DNA from: Okamejei kenojei
Lineage: Eukaryota
Length of the DNA: 64,000 nucleotides
Assembly (NCBI GenBank): GCA_035221665.1
Contig: CM069131.1
Coordinates: 128,960,001-129,024,000 of the forward strand
Direction of reading: 5' to 3'
The position numbers and the translations under genes were made by a program. Positions 23,308 through 35,290 of this stretch are shown one piece after another; the stretch's first letter is position 1, and each line of letters opens with the position of its first letter. Below the pieces are notes generated by a model. It was not told the DNA's origin. It ran no database searches and saw only the letters and a list, made by a program, of their open reading frames with translations.

Positions 23308-24974
23308 ACTTATTAAAGATCAGTGTTACCTCTCTCAGAAACACGCACAAAATTAATTAAATCTACAGTGTTTTGTGGCTTTACGCAAACAGATTTTAGG
23401 CCATAGTCTGTTAAATACCTCAGAATCACTTGCACTTTTGTGTGACTAAATGTGAAAAGAGATTTATGGTCAGATTACATTGCAAGGGTCTGGTCAATTC
23501 TGTTACAAATGCATTGGCTGATGTCTGACACATCATCAAGCACGTTGTCTTTGGTGTGCATTTGAAATGTCATATGCTTTATAATCTTGACAAATCCTCC
23601 TCAATTTCACATCTGCACCATATACTCTCAGTGTGTACTTCCTTAGTTGTAGCTTCTGTTTCCTGGTAAGAAAGGGCTGCTGACCCTGATTACTAACCAC
23701 TCTTTTGCACTGCTTTGTGTTCATAGCCTAGTGTCCTTATGATGTACATTTGAAAATGTCATCTCCTGAAAGAGTGATGTGCCTGGCCTGAGGTTCCAGC
23801 TGCACAGGAACTGGTGATGATGTCTTTGCCTGTTAGATACCGGGCAAAAGGAAATAAGAATAAAAGGAAATGTGACAGGATATTCTACTTAGGAAGCTGA
23901 ATGAACATACTGTCAGCCTATCGGGTAACAGGCTTATCACCAGACTTAGCACGTCATCATGAGTCCAATCATGTTCACAGAACAGTTTAAGGCAGAGCAA
24001 AGGAGCTGAAGATCAATCACTTTGTAAACCAAAACAATTCTAGTGATTTTCCAATGTCAGCTTAATAGCCATAAAATTACATAGAATCCAGCCAGGCTTT
24101 GAAAGGAAATTTCAATGTTCTGCATCTCTGTTCCCACTTAACACTTTCCTAGCCATCAATTTTGAAAGTTTCTTTTCAAAAACAGTCTGGACAGTATTTT
24201 TATAAATGTATAAAATTATCTGTCGACTCTGCAAACTGCATCAATTATTGGCCATTTCCTGAACAGTAATGGAACAGAAACATATTTTACCGAGTACAGA
24301 ACATGGTAGTGATTATCTTGCATTGAAATCATGATCATTGCAAAATTCATCTGGGCACATCCGATCACAATCCATTTATGCCAAGCTGCGTAAGATTTAC
24401 ACCGAGCTCGGCCCCTCGAGTGCTGTCAACATCCTTGTAAATCCTTTCTACAATCCAACTTAATGACATCATTCGTGCAGCGTGGGCGACTACAACTGAA
24501 CACAGTATGTGGGATCAATGCAATTGGGTGGATGATAGTTGACGCAGATTTAGTAAAAAAAAAATGGGCCTGTCCCTTTCTTTATGGCTCCCCGACTCCA
24601 TATCATCAATGCATGAATCCCTGATCCAGTGACTGAACTTGATCGATACAAGCATTTCTAATTATCTGAACCCAACCTCACCATACCTTGAAAATAAATA
24701 AAATGTACATCCCCATTGCTCCATTGAGTTGCATTTCTCACACCTGAGAAGACAAATATTAGGTTCCAAAAAAGATGCAAAATCCATTTGCTAGTTACAT
24801 GCATCAACAGGATCTGCTGTACTTTAAATCTTGTGAAACAGAGATATTTATTTCAAATGTTGTCAGCCAAAACGTCAATTAACATAGTTCAGTAATGTGA
24901 TGAAAATCTTTAATTCCTAAAAGTGTCGGAGAGTGCAAAATGCCAGAGGCACTCACCTCAATTTGTATTTTCAT

Positions 24975-25535
24975 CATTGCACAAGACATTGGTCAGGCCA
25001 CATTTAGAGTATTGTCTTCCGTTTTGGTCACCCTGTTATAGGAAAGATGTTGTTAAACTGGATAGGATGCAGAGAACATTTATAAGGATGGTGCCAGGGC
25101 TCGATGGCCTAAACGATATGGTGAGAGGTTGAGCAGGGCAGAACGTTATTCCTTGGTGCACAGGAAATGAGGGATGATCTTGCAGAGGTGTATTAGAACA
25201 TGAGGTGAATAGATAGGGTGGTACACAAAGTATTTTACCCATAGGGGAATCAAGAACCAGAGGACATAGGTTTAAGGTGAGGGGGGAAAGGTTTAATAGG
25301 AACTTGAGGGCAACTTTTTCCACATAAAGGGGGCAGGGGGGATTTTGAATGAGCTGCCAGAGGAGGGAGTTGATGCAGAAACTATAACAACACTTAAGAC
25401 ATTTGGACAGGTAAATGGATAGGAAAGGTTTAGAAGGATATGGGCCAAATGCAGGCAGGTTTGTAGTGTAGATGGGGCATCTTTGTTGCTGTGGGCAAAT
25501 TAAATCAGAGGGCATGGTTCCATGCTGTATGACTC
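24975..25535 (+). mobile_element. CR1 LINE 3' fragment
   Basis: LHKTLVRPHLEYCLPFWSPCYRKDVVKLDRMQRTFIRMVPGL. Confidence 0.88.
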
Positions 25536-25715
25536 TTCTCCAACAAAATGAAAGGAGTGGCTCTTACACTTAGCACTAATAAACAAAGACACATTTCTTC
25601 CCCATGGCCAGAACCTTTTTTCAAGGGTGAAAATATCTGAGTGTATATAACTTTAAGGTGAGAGGGACAGGTTTTAAAGAGGATAATTTAGACAGAGGTT
25701 AGTTTAATTTCCTCT

Positions 25716-26040
25716 GTGGGTGGCACAGTGGTGCAACTGGTAGAGTCGTTGCCTCACGGCGCCAGAGAGCCAGGTTCGATCTTAACATCGAGTGCTGTTT
25801 GTGTGGAGTTTGCACGTTCTCCCTGTAACCGCGTGGTTGTTCTCCGGTTGCTCTTTTTTCCTCCTACTTCCCGAAGACATGAGGTTTGTATGTTAATTGG
25901 CCTCTGTAAATTGCCCCTGGGGTCTGGGGAGCGGATGAGAAAGTGGGATAACATTGAACCAGCGTGAATGGGTGATCGATGGTCCGCACAAACATGGTGG
26001 GCCGAAGGGCTTGTTTCCAGCTGTACCTGTAAAACTAAAA
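25716..26040 (+). mobile_element. HE1/V-SINE-like SINE, full length
   Basis: A box gtggtgcaactgg, B box ggttcgatc, central domain, tail ggtgggccgaagggcttgtttcc. Confidence 0.88.
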
Positions 26041-26214
26041 ACAAATCTGGCATCATAGTCAACACGATCATTGGGAGCCAGAGCTGACCTGTACCTGATG
26101 TTCCTGTGCTGTCCTGTTTTATGTCGTATGTTTTATGTTCTGTAGTAACATACATCAACTCTTTAAATTGTTCAATCCATTGCCAATCCTAGCCAAGACA
26201 ATAGTCTTCCTTTA

Positions 26215-26448
26215 GGGTACACAAAATGCTGGAGAAACTCAGCGGGTGCAGCAGCATCTATGGAGTGAAGGGGATAGGTAACGTTTCGGGTCGAAACCCA
26301 AAGGTTTCTCTCAAAGGGTTTCTCTCAAAGGGTTTCGGCCCAAAACATTACCTATCTCCTTCGCTCCATAGATGCTGCTGCACCCGCTGAGTTTCTCCAG
26401 CATTTTGTGTACCCTCGATTTTCCAGCATCCGCAGTTCCCTCTTTAAC
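26215..26448. mobile_element. Palindromic Penelope-tail insertion with 17-bp TSD
   Basis: Arms ~26214-26300 and ~26329-26415 are reverse complements; TSD acaatagtcttccttta at 26198-26214 and 26449-26465. Confidence 0.9.
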
Positions 26449-27487
26449 ACAATAGTCTTCCTTTATTTTGTATACACAATGGGTGCAGCATTTCTCCCTA
26501 AAGCCAAATTAGGTGTTAAAATAGAATAATGTTGAATTGACATATGAAGAAAGCACCACTGTGGTTTTCTACACCATTTAAAGCTGGCACCCATCCCATT
26601 CACACACTGCTATCCGGGAAGAGGGTCAGTGCAATTTAAAATCCACAGAGGGTTCCCATGGAAAAGTGGCAAATTGGTTGCAGGGCAGACGGGATCATGG
26701 GGAGTGGAGATGGAGAGGCAAAATGGGAGGGTTTGGGCGGGAGGGGGGTGTCAGAAATCATCAGAGTAGGAAATGTCAAGGGAGAAAGAAATAAAATATA
26801 TCAGAGGAGGGAGAAGATTAAGCAGGTAAAAGGACCCCAATGGTGTGGAGAAGGGGAGATAGAATAGGGTGATGGTAGGAAGAATATGTTCTGCATGACA
26901 GTACAGGCTGAAACAATGAGCCCACTGGACTGGCCTGCTAATGGGTTGTGTGGAGGGGGTAGTAGTGGCTTCTGCAGCATTTTGAGGCAGAAAGCTACAG
27001 AGGGATCCTTCCTAGAGAAAAGGTGTTGAGAGTTAATGACAATGTAAAAGTGTTGTTAATGATTCTTCAATTTGATGATTTCTATACATGGGAGATGACT
27101 CAAGAGTTTGATCTTGGAATAAACAAACCAACCCACTGAAGGTACAAACATTTCTTGCTCATCGGCTGCCTGAGACTTCTTTCTTGAATCTTCCTCCACT
27201 CTTTATTTCTCTTTAATTGCCTCTCCCGTACGGAGGATGTGACACCATTAGTGCAAAATCCGTTTTGCTTCTCCCAGCCTGTGATGGTTATTCTATTTTC
27301 TTAATCTCCACTGGTATTTCCACTGGCAATGGTGGATCTCTAATCGTGGGTGAACTGGGAGCAGAGAGCTAGTTTGAGGAGGCATGAATCTGGCAAGTGC
27401 TCAGGATGTCCAGATCAGTGGGGTTGGTTCATGAGGATCATTGCCTCAAAACTGATGACATTGATTTCAGGTCAGAATAGCAGCATT

Positions 27488-27750
27488 AGTTTAGTTTAGC
27501 TTATTGTGACGTGTACCGAGGTACAGTGAAAAGCTTTTGTTGTTTGCAAAACCGGTCAGCGGAAAGACAATACATGATTGCAACCGTGCCACCAACAGTG
27601 TACAGGCACATGACAAAGGGAATAACGTGAATAATGCTTAGTGCAAGAAAAAAGCCAGTAAAGTCCGATCAAACTTAGTCTGAGGGTCTCCAATGAAGTA
27701 GATAATAGCTCAGGTCTGCTCTCCTGTTGTGGGTAGGATGGTTCAGTTGC
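27488..27750 (-). mobile_element. Rex1-type LINE 3' UTR
   Basis: Minus-strand tail gcttttcactgtacctcggtacacgtcacaataagctaaactaaac. Confidence 0.6.
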
Positions 27751-27829
27751 ATTCAGTTAATGCTGTAATATTCCACCTGATGGGGAGAATCTTCCACAGG
27801 GATTGTCGAGCTTCACTGAAGAAGCTTAG

Positions 27830-28210
27830 GATGTTGAAACTCAAAACAAAACTGCGGATTTCTGGCAATCTGAGCCAAAAGAGCCATTTTGAATACCGAA
27901 TGCAATACATGTGACTGGAAGAAGAGTAAGCGTGTTACTGCTTCGCCTAGAAATACTATTTGGATTCCTGGATGGTGGAAAAGGGTAAAACAGGAGTGGC
28001 ATATCCTGTGGTTGTTTGGGAAAATGTTAGAAAGAAGAGGGGTGGTCAGTGGGGAATGGAAGAATGGGTCAGTGTTTTGCGAAGGGAATGGTCTTTTCAA
28101 AATATTTAAGAGCGGTGGTGGAATCCTTTTGAAGCTGATGCTCATATTGATCCATTGAATGATGAGGCTAAGAAGGTAGATGAGGAACAGGGGAATGCTA
28201 TCCTTGCTCC
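27830..28210 (-). mobile_element. Old Penelope fragment
   Basis: Degraded match to 19490-19850 (IPLFL..FPNNHRICHSC..HMYCI). Confidence 0.55.
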
Positions 28211-29252
28211 CAGACGCAACAATGAATCCTTACAGCTTCAATAAATTTGCATTCTTTGCCTGATTCAGAACAGGCCATTTCTGCTGTAAGTCATTCACTT
28301 GTGAATACAGTACAAAATAATTCCAAGGTACATCTTCTCAGATGAGACTTTAAAAAAAAAAGCTGTACCCGATTAGTTCCATGTGTAAAAATATGGCCAT
28401 ACAAAACGAAGAGCAGAAAGCTCACCTGCCCAATGAAACATAAAACATGTCATTCATTCACAGTCAGCGGGTCTTTTCTGTGGAACTGGAGGTGAAATTA
28501 AAGGTTTTGAAGGAATTGATCTGCATATTGATCTTGACAACTATGTGACTCAGAGTCATTAGTTTAGTAATAAAATATTTTAAACTTCAAATAGGCCCCG
28601 AAAAAAAATACAAGATTTCACCTTCTGATGTTTTTTTCTAATACCAGGTTTCAAATGTGAAGCATGTGTTTGGACCTAGCCGATGAACTTCGAGTATTTT
28701 CTAGGTTAAGATGAGTTTCTTGTTCAGCGTCTGGGGATGTGGGTCATACAAGCTGCATCCTCTGACTAATTTGCCACACCTCAGTGTTTTGTTATGCTTC
28801 ACCGTTTGCAAAGGAAATCTCAAAGGAAACTGCAGAAGGACTGGTTGCCACTTGCAAACTTTCAGATGACATTGACACCCCTAACCTTCGCTGCACGCTT
28901 CCTGGTTCTCATCTGGGTAGATACCCGTGCTGCTCTGGTTTACGTGCTGCTTATGTGAAGAGGTTACACAGGCTTGAGGTGTCTGCTCTGCACTCAGCCA
29001 TTGCTGTGCAGTGTGGAGGTGTTAAAATGCATGAGAATTGACACCTGCTTCCTCTGCTGACATCAGCAGCAAATGATGGAACAAGATGAAACAATAACTC
29101 GTTGAAGACGTGACATTGCCTTCTCCCCCACCCTCCACTTGTACATTAACCCATTCGCTGGAGAAAAACCTGACAGCATATGTTGATCAGATGTGTTGCA
29201 AAAATGAAAAATGTAACATTTATATCAGTAAAATCCTGCACAAAGATTTTGT

Positions 29253-29522
29253 TTAGTTTAAGTCTAGAGATACAACATGGAAATAGGCCCTTCAGTTCAC
29301 CGAGCACGCTGACCATTGATCACCCCTTCACACATGTTATCCCACTTTCTCATCCACTCCCGACACATCAGAGGGAACTTACAGAGGCCGAACAAACCCA
29401 CACATCTTTGGGATGTGGGAGGAACATAGAGCACGTGGAAGAACACATTCAGTCACAAGGAGAAAGTGCAAACTCCACACAGACAGCATGTGAGGTCAGG
29501 TTCCAATCTGGTCCCTGGTGCA
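29253..29522 (-). mobile_element. HE1/V-SINE-like SINE (older, diverged)
   Basis: Central domain and tail on the minus strand. Confidence 0.75.
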
Positions 29523-29576
29523 ATGAGCCAACTATTAATTCATATAATTTGTGATATGCAACTCACAATGTTTATA

Positions 29577-29708
29577 TGTAGGAAGGAACTACAGATGCTG
29601 GCTTATAATGAAGATAGACACTAAATGCTGGAGTAACTCAACCGTACAGGCAGAATCGTGGGATAGAAGGAATGGGTGACATTTCGGGTCGAGGCCCTTC
29701 TTCAGACC
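29577..29708 (-). mobile_element. Hammerhead-bearing Penelope-tail mini-element with 9-bp TSD
   Basis: TSD atgtttata at 29568-29576 and 29709-29717; minus strand starts GGT-CTGAAGA-A-GGGCC tc GACCC-GAAA-TG-TC-ACC. Confidence 0.82.
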
Positions 29709-30182
29709 ATGTTTATAATTTGATCCGTTTTTATCATACAAGTTTGTATGCATAGAGTAATATTAAAGTGACTATGACTTACGGTGTGTCTTTGATTCTC
29801 AAAAATGCTGTACAAGAAGCAAACTATTGGCAGCAGCCATGACATGAGGATTGCCTGAAAATTCAATTGCATTATGCAACGTGATTAAAAATTCTCATTC
29901 TCATGTGTGCAGAACAATGATATCCACTTCTGTTCTTGGTCAACGGAAAACCTAAGTGGGCACTTCCTGTTCTGAGTCACTCTTGTGAACTTGCTACAAA
30001 TTTTGTGTCAGGAGCAGAAGGCATGAGCTCATTCCCGTTGCAACGTTCCTTTTGGAGTAGTACAGGAGAATGTAGACCATGTCGACCAGGGTTAGACCCT
30101 TGCTGGGCATTGCCAATACAATAAGCTGTTACTAGAGCTAGAAGGGTCAGCACAGAGGAGCAGCGGTAGAGTTGCTGCCAAG

Positions 30183-30913
30183 TGGGCCTGACTTTTTAGG
30201 TGACTGCAGTCACCACATGGTCGTCACATGTTGCCGTGGAGTCGCCTTCATGATCGCGAGGAGTTCCCGCATTCTGGGAACTAGTCGCGGCCTCATTATG
30301 GTCACCGCATATTTTTCAACATGTTGAAGAATTAGCTGCGACTAGAATGAAGCCGCCACGGAGAGTAGCGAGAATTCTCGTGCCATAGGTGGGCCGCCAG
30401 GAGGTCCTAATGGGTTGCCAAGCGATCGAAGATCCACCGAGGTTCTCGTAGGTTGCAGCCGGCGCTGACCAGTGAAGTTCATTGGCTCATTGGGGAAAAA
30501 AAAGTAAACAGTAGTTTTCAGAACCAAGGATAACCGACCGGTAATGTTAAATGACCGCCGAGCTTCACAGCCGTGTATCTCTGGCTTCTTAAAAGTTGTC
30601 TATACTCATTCTACCCCCCCCCCCCCCTTTTAAAGGACTTACCGTACACTGTGCTTTCACTGTCTAAATTACAGCGCTAACCTTCCTGTTCATCGCGATG
30701 TGTGTCTGTATAACCTTGGCTTTGCACCGTGTGAATTTTTTAAGACAACGCTCCCCCCGCTTGGCCTGTCCCCCGCCTGCATAACGGGCTGGTGAAGGAA
30801 GCTCTCTCTGTCTCTGTGTCTCTGTTCCACACTGACAGTCGTCGTTCCTGTTGCCAGTTTTTCAGGCGACTGCCGGCAACTTGACAGTCGCTGACAGAGG
30901 TGTGACAGGCCCA
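30183..30913. mobile_element. Non-autonomous DNA transposon (MITE-like, possibly Harbinger group)
   Basis: Terminal inverted TGGGCCTG / CAGGCCCA; interrupts the SINE next to a TTA; left TSD is not intact. Confidence 0.55.
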
Positions 30914-31034
30914 TTACAGTGCTAGAGACCCAGTTTGATCCTGACCACAAGTGCTGTCTGTACGTACTTTGTATGTTCTTCCTGTGACCGTGTGGGTTTT
31001 CTTTGGGTGCTCCAGTTTCCTCCCTCACTCCAAG

Positions 31035-33787
31035 TGCCAGAAGGCCCCGAAATGGAAAGGAATCGAATGTAGGCTCACCGAGAAGTACTGAAGAAAACCC
31101 AAAATCCAGACGCCAATGGAACCAAAAGAAATAGACCAGGAACTGACAGAACCAACAGAAATATGATCAGCCATGATCATATTGAATGGCGGTGCAGGCT
31201 CGAATGGCCTAATGGCCTACTCCTGCACCTATTTTCTATGTTTCTAACTCAGAACTGCTATGGAACCGACAGAATGCAGAACTGATTAGTCGGCACCCAA
31301 TTGGTGATAGACTAATTAGGAGAGCAGATTAAATGCAGATGTGACTCCTTATAGCTCAGAGGAGGAGTGTGGAAAGAGTCTCAAGTGTCTGGAGGCATGG
31401 CAAGTGTGGCCCCCCTCCCATGGACCGCTCCTGGTGTCCTCTTTGGCTGGTCCAGATACTACTAATGAAAGTCACTGATCAGGGAGGGGTCCAGGATGTC
31501 ACGGGCAGGAATCCAGATCCTCTCCTCCGGACTGTAGCCCTCCCAGTCAACCAATTACTGGATCCCTCTGCCACACCGCCGGGACTTCAGCAGTTGCTTC
31601 ATCATGTACAACGATGTGGGATGGCAGAGGTAGCAGAGGAGCGGGAGACAGGGAGCTGGAGGACATGGGCTTAACCCGGGATACGTGGAAGGTGGGGGTG
31701 AATCTAGTCTAAGGTGGACAGTCTACGGCGGAAAGCAGAGCGGGTAATGATCTTGAGAATCGAGAATGGGCCAATAAACCAGGGGTGCCAACTTACAAGA
31801 CTCCACGGGGAGGAGGAGATCTCGGGTGGACAGCCATACCCTCTGACCAGGGCAAAAGTAGGAGCAGGGGTCTGGTGACGATCCACCTGTTGTCCGTACC
31901 TGGAAGCGGTGCGGAGCAGGGAAGAACGGGCTTCCTTCCAGGTCCGACGTCCATGGCGCACAAACTCCTGGGAAGAGGGAAGGGAGACCTCCTCCTCTTG
32001 GTCTGGGAACTGAGGTGGCTGATAACCAAGGGAGCCATGGAATGCAGACAGACCGGTGGCACAACTGGGCATATTCGATCCATACCAATTTGCTAGACCA
32101 GGTGGTAGGGTTGGTGGAGCAAAGGCAATTAACACAACAATCCTCCCCCCAAGTGGAGATTCTTGCCAGTGGACCAGTCTTCAGTGGGGTTGTGAGTCGT
32201 CAGCCATGAGGTGAATTTATCAGGAGCAAATGAATTTTCTCCCGGTGGCTTCCATTAACACAAGGTTCTGGAGGGAGAGTAGGGAGTGAAGCCATACTGA
32301 TCATTCTTCCATCAAGTACACTGACTTGGCAGGGCTCTTCTACTTTAACAGTCAGAATCAGTAATTTCCGAGCAACAGTGATATCAATGAAGCTAACATC
32401 TGCCACCCCCCACCCCCCACCCCCCCCCCCCCCCCCCCCCCTCGGAGTGAGTATGGTGGAAATAGGAGGGAAATAAACCTTGCTCACCCATAATCCCTCT
32501 CTTGCTGGGGAGCATCAACATTTCCCAGGCAAGTAGCGATGAAGAGTCCAGGACCTCCACAGTAGAGACAACACCTCTCCCGTATGCTTCTCTAGCGTTC
32601 GGCCTCGCTCAGCCAGGTGCGGCCAATCTGCATAGGCTCACCCTCCACTGGATCAGGACTGGGATGCGTGGGGCTTCTTCTTTCCGAGGGAAGTGAGACA
32701 ATTGGCTCACTAGGATGAGAGGGGTGTGATGGGCAAGGACACTGTTTGAGATCTGCTGATAGCTTGTCTCGCTTCCGCTCTCGGTGCCACTTATCAATCT
32801 GGATGGTTAAATCAATCAACGCCTCCAGATCCGAGGGAAGGTCCCGAGAGGCCATCTCATCCTTCAGGTTCTCATTGAGGCCATGGATGAAAATACTGAG
32901 CAGAGCGGTATCACACCAACTGCTCTCTAAAGCAGTGGTTTGAAATTTAATAGTGTAATCAGCAACAGAGCATCCTCTGGGCTGCCTCTCTTCCAACCAA
33001 AGGGTGGTCAAAAATCTTTCTCAGCTCTGCTGAAAAACAAGCAAAGTCCTGGCAGATGTTTAGCTGTCTCTCCCAGACAGCTGTAGCTCAGACTGAAGCA
33101 GACAGTTGTAGCTCAAAACCCAAGGAGCACTGGGATAGGAATGACCTGCAGGTGGAGGGATCACCATGGTACCTCTCCGGGGTGGGAAGAACTGGTTCCA
33201 GAAAGGGCTGGAAGTGGACAGAGGTGGAGAGGCATCAGCAGAGACAGGAGGAATTGGCAGCGGTGCGAGGTGTGACAGGACCTGGCTGCCAGTGTTTGCC
33301 AACTGCTGGATGGTCGCTACGAGTTGGTCTATTCAAGCCTCATGGGCACCAAGAGTGGAGCCTTGAGGTTGAACAGCCCTGCACAACCGAGCCAGTAATT
33401 CCTCAGGTTCGGAATCTGGGAGCGCCAAAATTCCAGTCAGCCTGTCAGAATTGCCTGCCGAGTCCATACAGGCCAACTAATCTGTCACAAGGCCCCAAAA
33501 TGCAAAGGACTGAAATGCTGGCTCACTGAGAAGTTCTGAAGAAAACCCAAAATCCAGCCACGAATGGAACCAAAACATTTATAGACTAGGGACCGACAGA
33601 ACTCAGAACTGTTATCGAACTGACAGATTGCAGAACTCATTAGTCAGCATCCCATTGCTGATGATCTCCGGTATTTATACCAAGTGATAGATTAGGGGAG
33701 CAAATTAAATGCAGGTGTAACTCCTAATAGCTCAGGGGAGGGGTGTGGACGGAGTCTCAAGTGTCTGGAGGCATGGCAAGCGTGACA
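31035..33787 (-). mobile_element. Sushi-type Gypsy (chromovirus) LTR retrotransposon, internally deleted
   Basis: LTRs 31035-~31411 and 33483-33787 (TG..CA), TSD CCAAG, PPT ~31411-31420; gag ([33 protein letters not shown] knuckle), protease remnant, integrase C-terminus (RVWLSTRDL, FIGPF, TFHVS) and chromodomain ([23 protein letters not shown]). Confidence 0.93.
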
Positions 33788-33944
33788 CCAAGACGTACAG
33801 CTTTGTAGTTGGCTTTAGTAAAATTATACATTGTCCCTAGTGTGTAGGATAGTGTTCGTGTTCGTGGTAACTGCTGGTCGGCGTGGTCTCACTAGGCTGA
33901 AGGGCCTGTTTCCATGCTGTATTTCTAAAGTCTAAAGTTTGAAT

Positions 33945-34517
33945 TCCAGAGCTTGCTAGCTAGAGCAATAAATAGTGTGGCTACAAGAGCAGGTCAGAGG
34001 TTGATCCTCACCTCTGGCACTTAAAGCATTTCCACCATCTACCTAGTGGAAGTTCGGAGTACGATTTAGTACCCCCCCTTATGCATGTACCAACGCAGCA
34101 TAAATAACATTCAAGAAGCTGATTGCTATCCAGGACAAAGCAGCCTGTTTGATTTGCACCTGATCAACTACTCCAAACATTCATCCACTATACTACTAGC
34201 ACTATGTGACTGCAGTGTGTGTCATCAACAAAATACAATGCAATTATTCACCTTCCCTGCTCCAATAGTTACTCCTAAATCATGGGGGCATCCACTATTT
34301 GTAGGTTCTCTTCCTAATTGCACACCATCCTGACGAAAATATATTGCCTGTTATTCTTGTACTCAGTTTAAATCTTGCAACAGCATAATGGAAGTAACTT
34401 CATCAGAAACGCAAGAATTCAACAAGGCAGCTCGCCATTGACAACTCAAAGTCAATAAGGGATGGGCAATAAATGTTTGCTTAGTCAGTGATGCCCAGAT
34501 CCTGAAAAATAAATAAA
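33945..34517 (+). mobile_element. Ancient LINE 3' end (L2/CR1 group)
   Basis: KKLIAIQDKAACLI-like remnant; tail agggatgggcaataaatg..gatgcccagatcc followed by an A-rich end. Confidence 0.55.
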
Positions 34518-34699
34518 TCTAAACATTGTTGTGCCATGGCCTAATGCATTTCTTCTGTGATCTCTCCCCACCCACGCAAGTGCCAAAGCATCTTTGACCT
34601 CTCCATCTACACAAAGGACAGGCATGAGGCCCCAATTCCTTCCTCTCCACCGACGCCTCCCTTCCAAAACAAAAATTAAGAGCTGTAATAGCCCAGCTT

Positions 34700-35100
34700 C
34701 CTAAGCCCAGCCTTATGCAAAGAAGATAGGTTGGGATATTTTAACATATAAGAATTTTTAACAACTCCTATACTCATTGCTCAATGCCTTGACCAATGAA
34801 GGCACACATACCATATGCCTTCTTCACCACTCTGCCTACCTGTTGTCACGTTTCTACCACTTAAGCCAATTTTGTATCCAATTTGCTATCTCACCTTGGC
34901 AACAGTTCCATGTATTCTAATCTCCTGGACCAGCCTACTATATGGTACCTGGTCAAACACCATGCTAGTGTGCATGTAGGCAATGTACACTGCCCTGCCC
35001 TTGCCCTCTTCAATCCTCTTGGTCACCTCCTCAAAAGAACTCAATCAAATTTGTAAGAAATGATCTCCCATGCACAAATACAAGCTGACTATCTGTAATC
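34700..35100 (-). mobile_element. Old CR1 RT fragment
   Basis: Degraded minus-strand match to the CR1 at 56150-56830. Confidence 0.6.
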
Positions 35101-35109
35101 GGCCAGTAG

Positions 35110-35290
35110 AACAACCTTTACAGGTGGTACAAAGGCCAATGAAAGATATGCAAAAAAGTTACGATGGTAAAGGAAACAGGCCATTGTTAGCTGTTTATTG
35201 GGTGAAAGCAAGAAGCTGGTGCGACTTGTGTGGGGGAGGGATGGAGAGCGAGGAAATGCCGGGGTTATTTGAAGTTAGAGAAATCAATAA
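35110..35290 (-). mobile_element. Penelope 3' UTR fragment (uninterrupted paralog of the DIRS target site)
   Basis: Reverse complement of 3690-3790 joined to 8590-8630. Confidence 0.8.

Larger units (their letters stand above)
30148..33937 (+). mobile_element. HE1/V-SINE-like SINE split into three parts (~30148-30179, ~30914-31034, 33788-33937)
   Basis: gcagcggtagagttgctgcc | ttacagtgctagagaccc..cactccaag | ccaagacgtacag..ctaaagtctaaag rejoin into one SINE. Confidence 0.82.

Noticed and set aside
25716-25790. tRNA gene (A and B boxes)
   Set aside because: Continues into the SINE central domain and CR1-like tail; the same head is found at about ten other SINE copies
26215-26448. DNA-transposon MITE with long TIRs
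   Set aside because: Arms are asymmetric relative to the TSD, match the Penelope 3' tail, and TSD lengths vary (9-17 bp) across related insertions
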